NCBI GenBank assembly: GCA_051362555.1
Contig: CM120647.1
Span: forward strand, 17,336,651 to 17,400,650
Length of the DNA stretch: 64,000 bases
Direction of reading: 5' to 3'
From: Lingula anatina
Taxonomy: Eukaryota > Animalia > Brachiopoda
Shown: positions 25,283 to 37,505 of the stretch, piece by piece
Position numbering within the stretch: position 1 is the first letter of the stretch
Layout: each line of letters starts with the position of its first letter
The notes under the pieces: generated by a model
What the model saw: only the letters and a program-made list of their open reading frames with translations
Databases searched by the model: none
Told to the model about the DNA's origin: nothing
Position numbers and translations under genes: made by a program

Positions 25283-25474
25283 ATGTACACGGTTGTTAAG
25301 CTATTATTTCTCATTTTTATTGCATTCAATGAAGTCCTCAGCGAACAGTGTTACGACGCAATAAACACAATCACCAACCTATCAATCTCTGTCGCGCGTG
25401 TTAGACTGAGAGCTACTCCAAATGTGGGAGATGTATGTAATGCTTATCGCATTATGCAACAATGTGAAGTATAA
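25283..25474 (+). other. Possible exon or ORF of a small secreted Cys-containing protein
   Basis: MYTVVKLLFLIFIAFNEVLS/EQCYDAINT...DVCNAYRIMQQCEV* has a signal-peptide-like N-terminus. No downstream exon chain could be established. Confidence 0.3.
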
Positions 25475-26439
25475 ATGAAAGTTGCACTGGTTATAGATTT
25501 CGTGCCTGCTAATCTTGGTCGGTCAAATGGGTGTTAACACTGTAAATTGAAAACAGACAATGTGATGCAGATGTCGAGATGAATTAACTTTCAAGTATGT
25601 GTTAAATAACCACGGTTGAAGTCTTATTGCAAGTTTTTCGTACGCGTGTATCACAAAGGCATTTTTTCAAATCACTAGAAACATTCACACACATGCCCCA
25701 TATACACCACGACAGAATGGAACGATGGATATATACAGAGTTGACATTTAATATGGAATATTTCAGTTTCGAAGGTATGCCTAGGTGAAAATGCGTTCTT
25801 TTTTCACAAACTCCGATCTCATATAAGATATGTGAATGGAGAAGTGTGTAGTCAGGTGTGTCGCTACCAATTAACTGAACACCAGGTTTGTTGCGCTGCT
25901 GCATTATGTAATATGCAGTGATTTAATTTGGTAGTGCTCCTTTGGGCAGGCCAAGGCTTGGTTTTGGCAAAGCATGGTTCTGTCAAAAAACTCTCCATAT
26001 GTCGGCAACTACTGCATAGAAAAATTTGATATTTTGCATGCAAGTGGTCGGGTTTGCAGTGTGTAAAATGAGCTATGCAGTGCTTTACAAATTTGTTAAT
26101 CTGTGGCAGAAAGGCACGAAAAAGACAGGCATTGCCAGACAGATAATTGTGCCAAACGAAACGGTCCGCACAGTTTTATAGAGTAATGCCCAGACTGATG
26201 TACCTACACAGAGGCCACACCCTATGTATTGAAATCTTACCACCAGGGTACAGGACCCACTGTCTTTCGGGATATGCTGTTGCAACTAAACAAAAACCAC
26301 CCAGTCTGTTCAGAATGAGGGGTAAATTACCACCAAAACGCATTTTTCAAGGCCCTTAGCAAACACCAAACTGGTTTTAGCAGGTTAAAATACCAGACGA
26401 CCTCCGAGGAACCCACTATAAACAGCAAAACATCATTGT

Positions 26440-27090
26440 ATGTTTCTCTATTGAATTGGAGACCTTGACTGTTTCTGGGTTGAACACTGAAATCTCGTGG
26501 CTTTCTTTATTGAGGTCAGATTTCACCTGTACCGCTCAACAGTCAAAACAGAGTTTACAGACATCCAGAAGAGGCCAACGACGAAGCGTGTGCCGCGTCT
26601 TAAGTGACTAAGGTCATTAACAGCGTCAGTATATGGAGTGGATACCACATTGGTGCCAAAACACCAATGGTAGTCATCGACGAAAACCTGAACCAGATCA
26701 AATAAAGAAATAATCTGGGAACCACTTGGCTATCATTTGATAGGGGACAACTTAAGAACAATTTTATGTTGCACGGTGAGATTGCCGGTTCACACAGAGC
26801 ACTTTTAATAGCAGTTTACTTACAGAACCAAGGGAATGAGCAGCTACCTTGGTCATAAAAATCGCCATATTTGAACCACATAGACAATATGTGGGTAGGC
26901 CATTTCTCTCCGAATCAATGGCCTACATGTCCTACAACAAAACTGGACCAAATTGGGCAGATTTTGACCGATGCCTGGAAAGTTATTCCAGATTGAACTT
27001 AAAAAACCTATCCTAAGGAATGCCTTGCCACTTGACAGCGCTGGTAGCAGCCGGAAGAAGTCAGGCGTAACAGCGACCGTTACTGTGACT
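26440..27090 (+). mobile_element. Degenerate Tc1/mariner transposase remnant
   Basis: Frameshifted fragments resemble Tc1 motifs: RFHLYRS, SVSIWSG, GAKTPMVVIDENLN, PYLNHIDNMW (compare PDLNPIENxW), DAWKVIP and MPCHLTALVAAG (compare MPxRxxAVIxAxGG). Confidence 0.65.
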
Positions 27091-28100
27091 AGACACTGAC
27101 ATGAGGGGCCTTTGTGGAGCGTTTAACTCTTTTACAGACAATAATTTGGAAAATATGGAGGTCCAAAATATCCCTTTTAATGGTTGTCGTATGACATAGA
27201 ATAGGCAATGTGTTTTTGTTTGCTCCTCTGGCGAATTCCATTAATGAACTGATGCCACAATGACATCAAAGAGATAATTAAAAGTTATTAAAACACGATT
27301 TTAATCCTTATTTTCATTTATCAGTCTGCAAAATAGGAAAAAAACTGATGAAAAATGATTTGGAAAAAAATATTCCATATTAAATGTCAAGTCTGTATTT
27401 AAAACTGATCCTCAACAAGACACGCTACGTTCCACCTATCAAGAAACGGCCTAGCCTACTTTAATGTACTTTAATTTGTCCCTCTTAAGGAGTGATAATT
27501 TGGTTATATATCAAGCTATTGCTGTGACACGGGTGTTGTATTCTCTTGCGTTGTGTACATTTAATTTAAAGCGATCCAAAAACACCGATGTGACAAAATT
27601 GAGGCTCCTCGCAACAAAGAGTTGGTCCTCCGTTAGATCCATACATGTTAATGTAAACGTTCTTTACATAGGCCTACATGTATGTAACGATTCACACCAT
27701 GCTGCAAAATGTGCACTTAATGTTTTGTCAACAATGTTCTAAAAAGCAACACATCTACAACTTAAAACGTACTTATTGTTACATGCCTGTATCTATTGAC
27801 CTTTCTTCGCAGTCGCGGATACACGGGTCACTCCGCTGTTTCGCTTTCATTATCATCACGCGAACCATCGATTGGCTTACGTGTATGTGGTTCTATTTTT
27901 CTCGACCAGGCAGTGGCAACTTGGCTTTTGGACATCCGATATGGTCAGCATGGAATTAATCTGTATGATAAGCGGTAAGCCCATACAGGCCCAGTGGGGG
28001 CACGTTTTGTCCACGTGTATATGAAATCAGCGCACTCAACGAACTGATTGCTGAAAACGACACGAGGCAGTAGTTCAGCTTGCTAGTAGCAGTATAGAGG

Positions 28101-28357
28101 GCAGTGGCGAATTAAGGGGGGGTTATCAGGGGGACCTGCCCCCCCCCCCTTCGCTTTCTGGGGGAAAACCATCACACCAATATTCCCCTCTTGATATTAT
28201 TTTGAAGAGCTAAATCATAGTTCTAAACTGCACCAAATGGCACCGTTTGCCCTCCAAAACACTGAACCTCACACCAAGGGGGCAAGGGTCGTCTTCGCAT
28301 CCGAAGCCTGTCATTCTTAAAAAATAACTGGACCCCCCCTTTCTGGACCCGCCCCAG
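28101..28357. mobile_element. MITE-like element with GC-rich inverted ends
   Basis: gcagtggcggaattaagggggg ... cccccctttctggacccgccccag are imperfect inverted termini. Confidence 0.45.
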
Positions 28358-29677
28358 TTAAAGAAAAGGTACATGTATCATCTGAATATAAAACATTTAG
28401 CAAATGTGTGCATAGGTCCACAGCTACCATCGCAGCTCTCAATATAGTGTTCAGTATATATGGACGCATCTCCCGCTCACATGGCAAACTAAACTCGAAC
28501 TGAAGTGGAAGCTGTATCATCGCGTTTAGTGAATGTACCCCCATAGCACTTTAAACGGTAATTGATTGTCGAAACATTCCTTTTAATATTTGGAAAATAA
28601 GACACTTAAACGGAAGAAGAAATGGCTGAAATTTGCAAAATGACACAAACTATCGATTTTCATGAGAAATAAGTACCAAATGATTTAAACCAAATATTGA
28701 GTAGCACTGATAACTGAATAACCCCCTGTAAAATTGTGTTAGCTTTGAGCACAACAGAAGAGCAAGTAAATATGAGTGAAACGAAAACAAGGAAGTTGAC
28801 GTTCATGTATACATAATAAATAAAACCTGTTCACATCTCGATGTTATACACCGGGAAGTGGAAATAATTTTGAATAGTACAACCCTGGCCCTGGTCGTAG
28901 TTAATATGGCATATCCTTGAACATTTGCAGTGTACACAGAGAAACCATTGGAAACGCAAAGAATCGATATTCCCATTGTTTCAGAGTCTGTTCACTCTCT
29001 TAGTATCAGAATGGACAGCCTGTCATTGTGTTCCATGAAACCGTATCGTATTTTCCACTAGAGGAAAGTTGGTTGATTAATAAATATCAACATTGCAAGC
29101 CCTACATTGAGTGCTTAAATGTCATCAATATTAACCAACCTGAATGCCTTAGTGTCGCGATAAGTCCTCACTCTATGGGTTAAATATACTGTAGCGTTTT
29201 AATTGCAATAAAAATTCTACTATGGCAAAGACAATGTGATGAATTACTGATTCGATACGGAGCGATATTTCACTTATAGAGGAGCGAAACAAAAGGGAAA
29301 ATAAACTGAAAGTAATTCTAGGACTAAGATGGGGCGATCTGCCTTTTATGTTGTTATCACAAGAGAGTAATTCTAGTACCTGGAGACACAGGTGCCCAAT
29401 AATCCAGCACGTACAGCATACACGTAAATGTTCAATATTGGCAGCAATGAAATGATATTGTCATGACGCACGATAGATTGTAATTAGTAGTGCTGGCACA
29501 ATGACGGGGTGATACTTAGGGCTCATTTCCAATTAAACTATCGGTCTACGTACTTGTAGATCGATCTAACTCCGCGAGGACACTCGCTGAATGCAATCAG
29601 ATTGACAGATGAATACGCCTCCCCTTGTTTCCGACGTACTCGTATTATCACCAGATTTGCTATTCTTCTCAACGCCA

Positions 29678-30157
29678 GGTGGGTCTTACTTAGAGGTATG
29701 TAACTGGTATAGAGGCTGTAACGTTTCTGTAAAATAATATCACTGGTAGACATGTTTTTATTCAGGAGGGGGCGTGTTAATCTTTTAATCTGGATGCACT
29801 GAGTTTCAATGGGATTGAGTCTTTAAACTATCCATAAAAGAGATAAAAATATCAATAAAATAAAAAAGCATTGCGCACACACACATCCCCCCCCCCCCCC
29901 CACACACATTTATATATATTTTAATAGTCCTACTCAGTTATGAAACACATTGCAAATTTTTTGGCATTCTTTAAGACAAAAACATAACTGCACACAGTTG
30001 TTCCATTATTTAGCTTATTTATCAATTATTCACTGACTATTAATTTATAAGTCCATGTATAAAACATATATAATCTAAAGTCATATCATTTGATATGTCG
30101 TCCATGGAACTGTATTTCCGGTTATTATTTTTTCTTCTTTTTATTTAATTTTTTTAT

Positions 30158-30244
<87 letters not shown>

Positions 30245-30953
30245 ATCTATTTTATAATAATCATTTTTGTATTGTAAGGCACACTAACCTCCAAACATTA
30301 AAGAATCAATAGAACAACTCTTGGGAAAAATTGTTAACATAAAGAGCGGCTCACCTTTGATTGGACTATCTTGCTTTTTTTGTCCACCACCAGCGCCATC
30401 TTTGGGTGAGTTTATGTGGAAAACCTTCAAATGTGCGTGTTGCCCATTGGAGTGATATATTACCACCCTGTTGGCTCTTCTTTATTGTATGAATACCTGT
30501 CGACAATAATTGTTCTAGCAATTTCTCTTCCGAAAATTCCTTCCTGCTCCTTTCAAATTTTGAAAAACCGATTTCCATATAAAGTAGCCAGTCTTTTAGG
30601 CCTGTATCCAGTTTTTGGTATTTCTGTGTGAAGAAGGCAATCGAAATGCGCTTTTAATGTGCAGGTATACCAAATTCAAAAGACCAATATTCGCTAGCAC
30701 CATCTTCAACATGTCTTTCGTGCATTTGCTGTGAGGAATTCTCGTTGTCATAAATATGTACTTTTGATTGCGTGTTCATCTTGTAACTGAATCCGCAAAC
30801 TGCTACTGTTTTTCCTTTGTGCAGTTTTGGCGATACTTGCTTTCCTTTTAATATCTCTCTTTTTGAATGACAAAAATATGTCTACCAGTGATATTATTTT
30901 ACAGTAACGTCGCAGCCTCCATACCAGTTATATATCTATAAGTAAGACCCACC
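29678..30953. mobile_element. ~1.28-kb segment bounded by ~82-bp inverted repeats (29678-29759 and 30872-30953); probable non-autonomous DNA transposon
   Basis: ggtgggtcttactta...cactggtagacatgttttt matches the reverse complement of aaaaatatgtctaccagtg...taagtaagacccacc at roughly 90% identity by eye. Confidence 0.6.
30161..30238. repeat. (AT)n microsatellite
   Basis: About 39 AT units. Other microsatellites: (TTA)n at about 2185-2230 and 35214-35320, (CT)n at 4673-4713, (CA)n plus poly-A at 15828-15893, (GA)n at 19750-19783 and (CT)n(CA)n at 43905-43973. Confidence 0.95.
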
Positions 30954-33189
30954 AAGTTATTGTGACCAGTATATTGGTATACGACATTCCAATAGGGGCA
31001 AGTCAACTGCCTCCTCTTCTCCGGTACGTTCTGGAAGCTGTGGAGTGTGGACGTATATGTATATGAACAAATATGAAGTTTAACTACTGTAGCGGTTACT
31101 CCTCATATGCAGCATATACCCTGTAGGCAAGATGTTCATCTGTAACATAACATTAAAACACGTACGCGCGTTCCAGTGCCCAGTTCTTGTTCTTCACTCA
31201 GCCCTAAGTTGTATGAGCACGTAATGAACTCCAAAGCGTTTCCTTATTGCCAGGCCTTTAAATAACTCTATTCCCTTTAATTCCCTCCTAGAGTTATTAT
31301 TGGTTAAATTCACCGTTGAGGTAAACCGCTGCTTACCGAACACGAGTCGATACAGATGTAATATGTAGTTCAAAACAGAGCGCACTGTATAATACGGGAT
31401 GATTGGTTAGGTCCTGTTTCCATTGGGGAAATCAAACCATGTCTGCTATACTTTAGCATGCTGGTAATACATACAGCAAAAAATTATTGCTATCGACTTG
31501 CTCAATCCCCTGCAGCTGCGTCTAATGTGACGGGAATCCTGAGGCGAAAACTAAGTCCGTCTGGAACGAAGTCAACCTAGCTGCATCTTGTGATAAGCCA
31601 GGCTGTAAACCACAAGTCACTCTCTATACCAAGGCTGATCTACAACCAGGATTGCTTGTTCGAACATGTGGAACTTTTTGACAAACTGAACAATTCCCTT
31701 CAAATTGCTTCTTCGGTGCAAGTATAAACGTCTTTGACGAACGGGCAATGCACCACCCTAAATGCTTTTCAGTGTGTCCCTTCGTGAACCCAGCGCGTTA
31801 TACACACATCAGATAAGGAATGTATAATGAATATGTCATTTCAACACTGCACTGAAGAGTTATTGTATTATTTGTTCGTCAAGCGATGGGGTACTTCGCC
31901 TACAGCGAAAAAATCAGCTTGTCCATCGACGTTCCAGGTTGCGTTCCATTTGTATTCTCGGTAAAAGAAACCTATTAAGAATTGATGGGTATTTGAGCCT
32001 TCCTCACCGCGTGACAGTGGCTTATAAGATCATTCTGTCTCTCAATGTGGTTGGCTAATCTAGAATTAATTTTTCTATTCCTCAGATGTGCTCTACAGCA
32101 GTTTCCATTTTCACGTACACAGCCTGGGCAATCAAAAAGAAAAAAACAACAATAACAAGTGTCTGAATTAGTATGTTTAGTATTGATATATCATTTCACT
32201 ACAACAGCAATATACAATCAAATCGGCGCCGTCGGATTACCGCAGGTGCGCTTGATAAACATACTGAAAGGGTCGCCAAAATACTTAAACAGATGACGCA
32301 TCATATTATACCTTGGTTACCAGGCGTTTTAGGTCAACAATATTAATTATTGGTGATGGCCATTAGTCATTTCTCAAATGCAGTTTTGACATACAGTATG
32401 CCGTCTGTATGCTGTTCATGCTGTATGGAATGAAATTGGTGGAATCGCGTGTTGAGTTAAAGGGGAACGGATTTCACAATTTCAGCTCTGTCTGGCAACT
32501 ATAATTGCTGTACAGAATTTGGATTATTGGAGACAACTTTAAATCATGAATGTCTCTATCAAGTTATTATAGCTATACTGTCTAACAAAACGAGGTGAAG
32601 ATAAGCATTAATATTAATTCTTCTGCCTTAAAGAATTAAAAATGGCAAGCGTTATGAATGCACCTTATCTTATGCCATGGAAAATATATTATTGATTATG
32701 ATGTCATCACAGATTTTTACACTGTCCTAACTTGTCAACCTTTAATAATACAGATTTTCTATATGCACCAGTTATATTATCACATGGCGTACACAAGGTC
32801 AAAGAAATGAATGCACCTGGACAAGAATAAGCTGAAGTGAATTGCATCAAATATCACAGAAAAAAATTAATTTTATTTCAGTGGTTTTATTGTTTTCAAG
32901 GTCTGAATGCGGAAAGAAATTAAAGTAGCTTTGAGGGATTTCAAAATAGAAAATAGAACTTTTGGAAATTCTCAATTGCGTGTACATGTATTCCCCCCTA
33001 GCAAAAAAAGGTGTCACCCCTACCGCAATGTACATTGCTACAAGGATGCCCACAGATTTAATTTTATTATTATATAACAACTAGGAAACTGTAAATTGGG
33101 GATGTGAGTAGTACAACATTGACCTACCTAGCGTGGCAATTGAAATACTCAAATACCAATTATTTTTAATATGCGGTTCCCAAGTGAGA

Positions 33190-33690
33190 GGGATACTTTC
33201 TTTACCAAGCGGTTGGTATAGGAGGGAGTTTTGACGCGCCAAATTGCCAAAAGGTCTGGTTGTTCCATGAGAGCCATTCAGAGGACAGACAACATCATAA
33301 CCAAACAGGCACAGAACAGGCACAGAATTTATGGAAGCGTAAGGGTTTGGAGAACAGCTGGTAAGAAGCAGATTCCCAATCTTCTGCCTCTGGTCGACAG
33401 GACGCACCCCACATACGTCATACATGGGGTGTATTGGTTACTGTGGAGTAAGCGAGCTGGCAATGGTCAACTGGAACCTTAACACAGACCATTGCATCCA
33501 AGTACTGGTTAAGAAAAAACAAGGAATTCTGAGGCCCATGATCAACCATTTATGTTACAGAATAATAATGCTACTCCATGCCGGCCAACGCAAAGATAGG
33601 CTGGTTATGTGTGAACCAGATCTAGACCTCCTTTGACCAACTCAATTCCTAGGGCTAGATGAGAACATCATTCAGAATGTGTAGGTTATC
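33190..33690 (+). mobile_element. Degenerate Tc1/mariner transposase remnant
   Basis: Fragments RQIAKRSGCS (HTH-like), VRVWRTAGKK, GCIGYCGVSELAMVNWNLNTDHCIQVL, LQNNNATPCR (compare FQQDNAPCH) and NIIQNV (compare LNxIENVW), interrupted by stops, frameshifts and deletions. Confidence 0.65.
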
Positions 33691-33820
33691 CTAGGAAAAG
33701 GATAACTGAGGGATAACTCCCTTCAGCAAAATTAAAAATTTGCAGCAATATTACAACAATATAGCAGCAATTTTGCTACAAATTACTAAATGTTTGCGGC
33801 AATCAGTTTGCAGGAGTAAT

Positions 33821-34573
33821 AATATCTACCACTGGGATATTTAAACATGACTATATTTACAACTGGGATATCTAAACATGACAATATCTACCACTGGGAT
33901 ATTTAAACATGACTATATTTACAACTGGGATATCTAAACATGACAATATCTACCACTGGGGTATCTACACATGACAATATCTACCACTGGGATATCTACA
34001 CATGACAATATCTACCACTGGGATATCTACACATGACAATATCTACCACTGGGATATCTACACATGACAATATCTACCACTGGGATATCTACACATGACA
34101 ATATCTACCACTGGGATATCTACACATGACAATATCTACCATTGGGATATCTACACATGACAATATCTACCACTGGGATATCTACACATGACAATATCTA
34201 CCACTGGGATATCTACACATGACAATATCTACCACTGGGATATCTAAACATGACTATATTTACAACTGGGATATCTAAACATGACAATATCTACCACTGG
34301 GATATGTAAACATGACAATATATACCAGTGGGATATCTAAACATGACAATATCTACAACTGGGATATCTAAACATGACAATATCTACCACTTGGATATCT
34401 AAACATGACAATACCTACCACTGGGATATCTAAACATGACAATATATACCACTGGGATATCTAAACATGACAATATCTACCACTGGGATATCTAAACATG
34501 ACAATATCTACCACTGAGATATCTAAACATGACAATATCTACCACTTTGATACCTTAACATGGAAATATCTAC
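33821..34573. repeat. 31-bp minisatellite, about 24 copies (aatatctaccactgggatatctacacatgac)
   Basis: Period of 31 measured between successive catgac motifs (33846 and 33877). No unique spacers. Confidence 0.95.
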
Positions 34574-34684
34574 ATGAAGCCGCCGGCGAATGGCGGTTGT
34601 CCATTTACCATTTCACAACATGATCCATACACATCATATATATCTCATGGTACACCTGTTCTAAACCCTGGTTGCTTGCTGCCA

Positions 34685-34900
34685 CCCTGAGTTTAAGAGA
34701 ACCCTGGTTCCAACTTACCTATATTTTATCAATTTGTCTCTGTCCTTTCTGGTGACAGCCTGGCTTTAATAAGAGGTCACAGGTACCAACTTACCTCTGT
34801 ATTATCAGCTTGTCTCATTCTTTTCTAGTAACACCCTAAGTTTCAGAGGTCACAGGTACTAACCCACCTGTGTATTATCAGCTTGTTTCTGTCATTGCCA
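34685..34900. repeat. Degenerate ~75-bp tandem repeat, 3 copies
   Basis: Recurring gaggtcacaggtac(c/t)aacttacct..tattatcagcttgt(c/t)tc at about 75-bp spacing. Confidence 0.7.
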
Positions 34901-35212
34901 GCCTTCTCTGGACCTCACGGTATACGCTACCGACTTTAAAAATAATTTCAGACATTCCTTTGAAATGTTAAACCCTGTTGATGACAATCACCTGTAAAAT
35001 ACGTTTTTTTCCTTTGAAATATCAATCCTTGGCTGTTTGCAGCTGGAGAGGAAATTGCTGTGGCCCTTGTAAGTGCGTCCATTAAGTGATTTAATCTATC
35101 ATGCAGTCGCCTTATATCAAATTTCGCGTGTTATCTCGTCTGCCTGTAATTAACGTGAGAGCTATAAATGGACGTGCGTTTTTGCAGACACTGAACATAG
35201 TCAAATGGCGGG

Positions 35213-35256
<44 letters not shown>

Positions 35257-37505
35257 GTAGTAGTAACAGTTGTCGTTGCTGTCTTTGTAGTTTGTTATTA
35301 TTATTTTTATTATTATTATTGAGTGCTAGCGGTAGATAAAATCTACATGTTAAGCTGTATTTCTCAAGCTCTAGGGTTACCATGCATGTGACAGAAATCT
35401 ATCAAATCTTGTAATTTCTTTGCATAGTTTGGTAAATCTTTACATGAACCTCACCTTCAGGCAATAATACCTGAATAAGTAACGCAAGGTGATACACTGT
35501 GTTATCGAATTATTGCATTCCGGAAAAAGAACTCTGACATGGATTGGCCAGTGCGCCGATCCTTTTTTATTTCTAATTTATTTATTCATTTTATTTCATT
35601 TTTATTATTATTATTTTTTTTTTTTTTTGCAAAACACGTAGAATGTTCTACTGGCAAATTATTTATAAGAACTCTACTTCAGTTTATTTCATATTATTTT
35701 ACTCCAGCGCAAATCCTTTCAATATCTTTACCATCATTTTTTAATACCAATTGCAGAGTTGTCGGCTGAGAAAGACACTTGTGGACATCTGTTGAAGACC
35801 TAGGGCAATACAAGCAAGCAGGTTATACGTGTTACGGTGTTAGTAACGCGCGTGGCACTCTTGTAGACGCTGTCAGAAAGAAAGATCATTGTATGATAAA
35901 TATGGACTGGGAGTAATAAGAACGCTTACTCTTTGCAAAGATTTCTCCCGAAGACTACACTTCTGCTGTGCGCGAAACACTTCAGCCATTGTGAGTACTG
36001 TATATACATGTATAACCTACTGTTTCGAATGACGGGTACAGCGGAACAAGCAAGAAATAAATGTATCGTCACCCATGTAACCAGAAAAAGCACAGAGCAT
36101 ACATAATTCACATACAAGATAAACACCTGACTATTTCCGCAGAATTCATTCAGTTCATAGATTACATGTACAGGTATTGATCGTATTCTGCCATATGATC
36201 GCTGCGGAACTTCCCAACTCGTTATGTGTTCTACCTCCAGGGGAAAACTGTAATTATATATGAAAGGAATCTCCGGAAGTTACGTGCCAATCAGACAATC
36301 TGAACCAACTGAAGCACTGTCGACATTAATGGATCTGCAGCATGCGATTTGCCAATCATTTCAAACTTAATTTGATCCTCTTCCATGGCGTAAAGGAAAA
36401 GGGGAACCGCAGTTTCATCAACTACAGTTGCACTAGAGTTTTCCCTGTGATACAGGTTTCCGTTAATTTGTACAGCTTCGACCCGCCCACCATAATGACT
36501 CATTTACACGTACGTCACTCTAACCCTAACCTGTGTGAACTTTCGCGTCCACTTTTTTTATTCATTGGAGTGGGGCACATAAGCGTTGCAAAAACGGGTA
36601 CACAAGACGCACTAGCCTTTGTCCCCCCCCCCCCCTTTCCCCCATTTTCGTTTTTTTTTTTAACATGCCTGGTAAAATATTTCAATTTTACACCTTCGTG
36701 CCTTTTTCTGTGGTGTGCCCAGTAGCTCACAGCTGTCTTTTAACACTGTGTTTGTTAAAAATAGCCCCTTACCGTCCCCAGTACTAGCAGTCAAGTGAGC
36801 CGGTGTGCCTTGTACTGATAGATTGTACTGATAGATTGTACTGATAGATTGTACTGGAGAACATCAGATTTGCAGCGCCCTGGGAGACAGTAACCCAATT
36901 ATCAACCAAGGCGCTTACTCTCGGCTGTGAGTTTTGGTGTTTTTGTTTTTGGATTTACTAGCATATAAACTACACTTCATCACCAATGAGTAGGTATGAG
37001 TAGGTATGAGTAGGTACAAGTTTAGGTACAAGTAAAAAAATGCAATTTATGGTTTAAAAATCATGTTTAACCTGGTTATAAATTTATAGAGAAAATCAAG
37101 ATAGAAGATCCATTTTCTCTATGCAAAGCCCCAACCGCGGAAGAAAAAAAGTTACACTATACATATTGTGATAAAATTTTATTTTAAACAAAATATACAG
37201 TAAGATAAAATTAAAGAAGTAATAATTTTAAAAGCTGAAAGAATTTTAATTGAGTTAATGGGAGTGCTATTTTCAAAGATAAACTTTGGCGAGATAGAAT
37301 GACGATCACATTAAAAAAAAAAACAATGCCAAAACACTTGTTTTTATTTCGATTCACCAATAGTATACCAAACATAATGGATAAAATCAAGTCTTTGAGA
37401 TATGCCGAGTATTTAGAAGTTTCCTTTGATCTGTTTGCTCTTTTTGATCTCGATAAAAAATTAAGATGGGTGAGTTTTTCTGACACCGGGGTGCTCTACT
37501 AAGGG

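Noticed and set aside
30370-30400. GAGGGQKK as a P-loop of a Helitron/PIF1 helicase
   Set aside because: Does not match GxxGxGK[S/T], and no other helicase motifs were found.
33821-34573. CRISPR-like array
   Set aside because: Contiguous 31-bp units with no unique spacers, no cas genes and a eukaryotic context; it is a minisatellite.
36290-36510. Minus-strand ORF ...AADPLMSTVLQLVQ resembling a Gypsy pol linker
   Set aside because: Only a vague motif resemblance, with no RT, integrase or LTR nearby; too weak to call.
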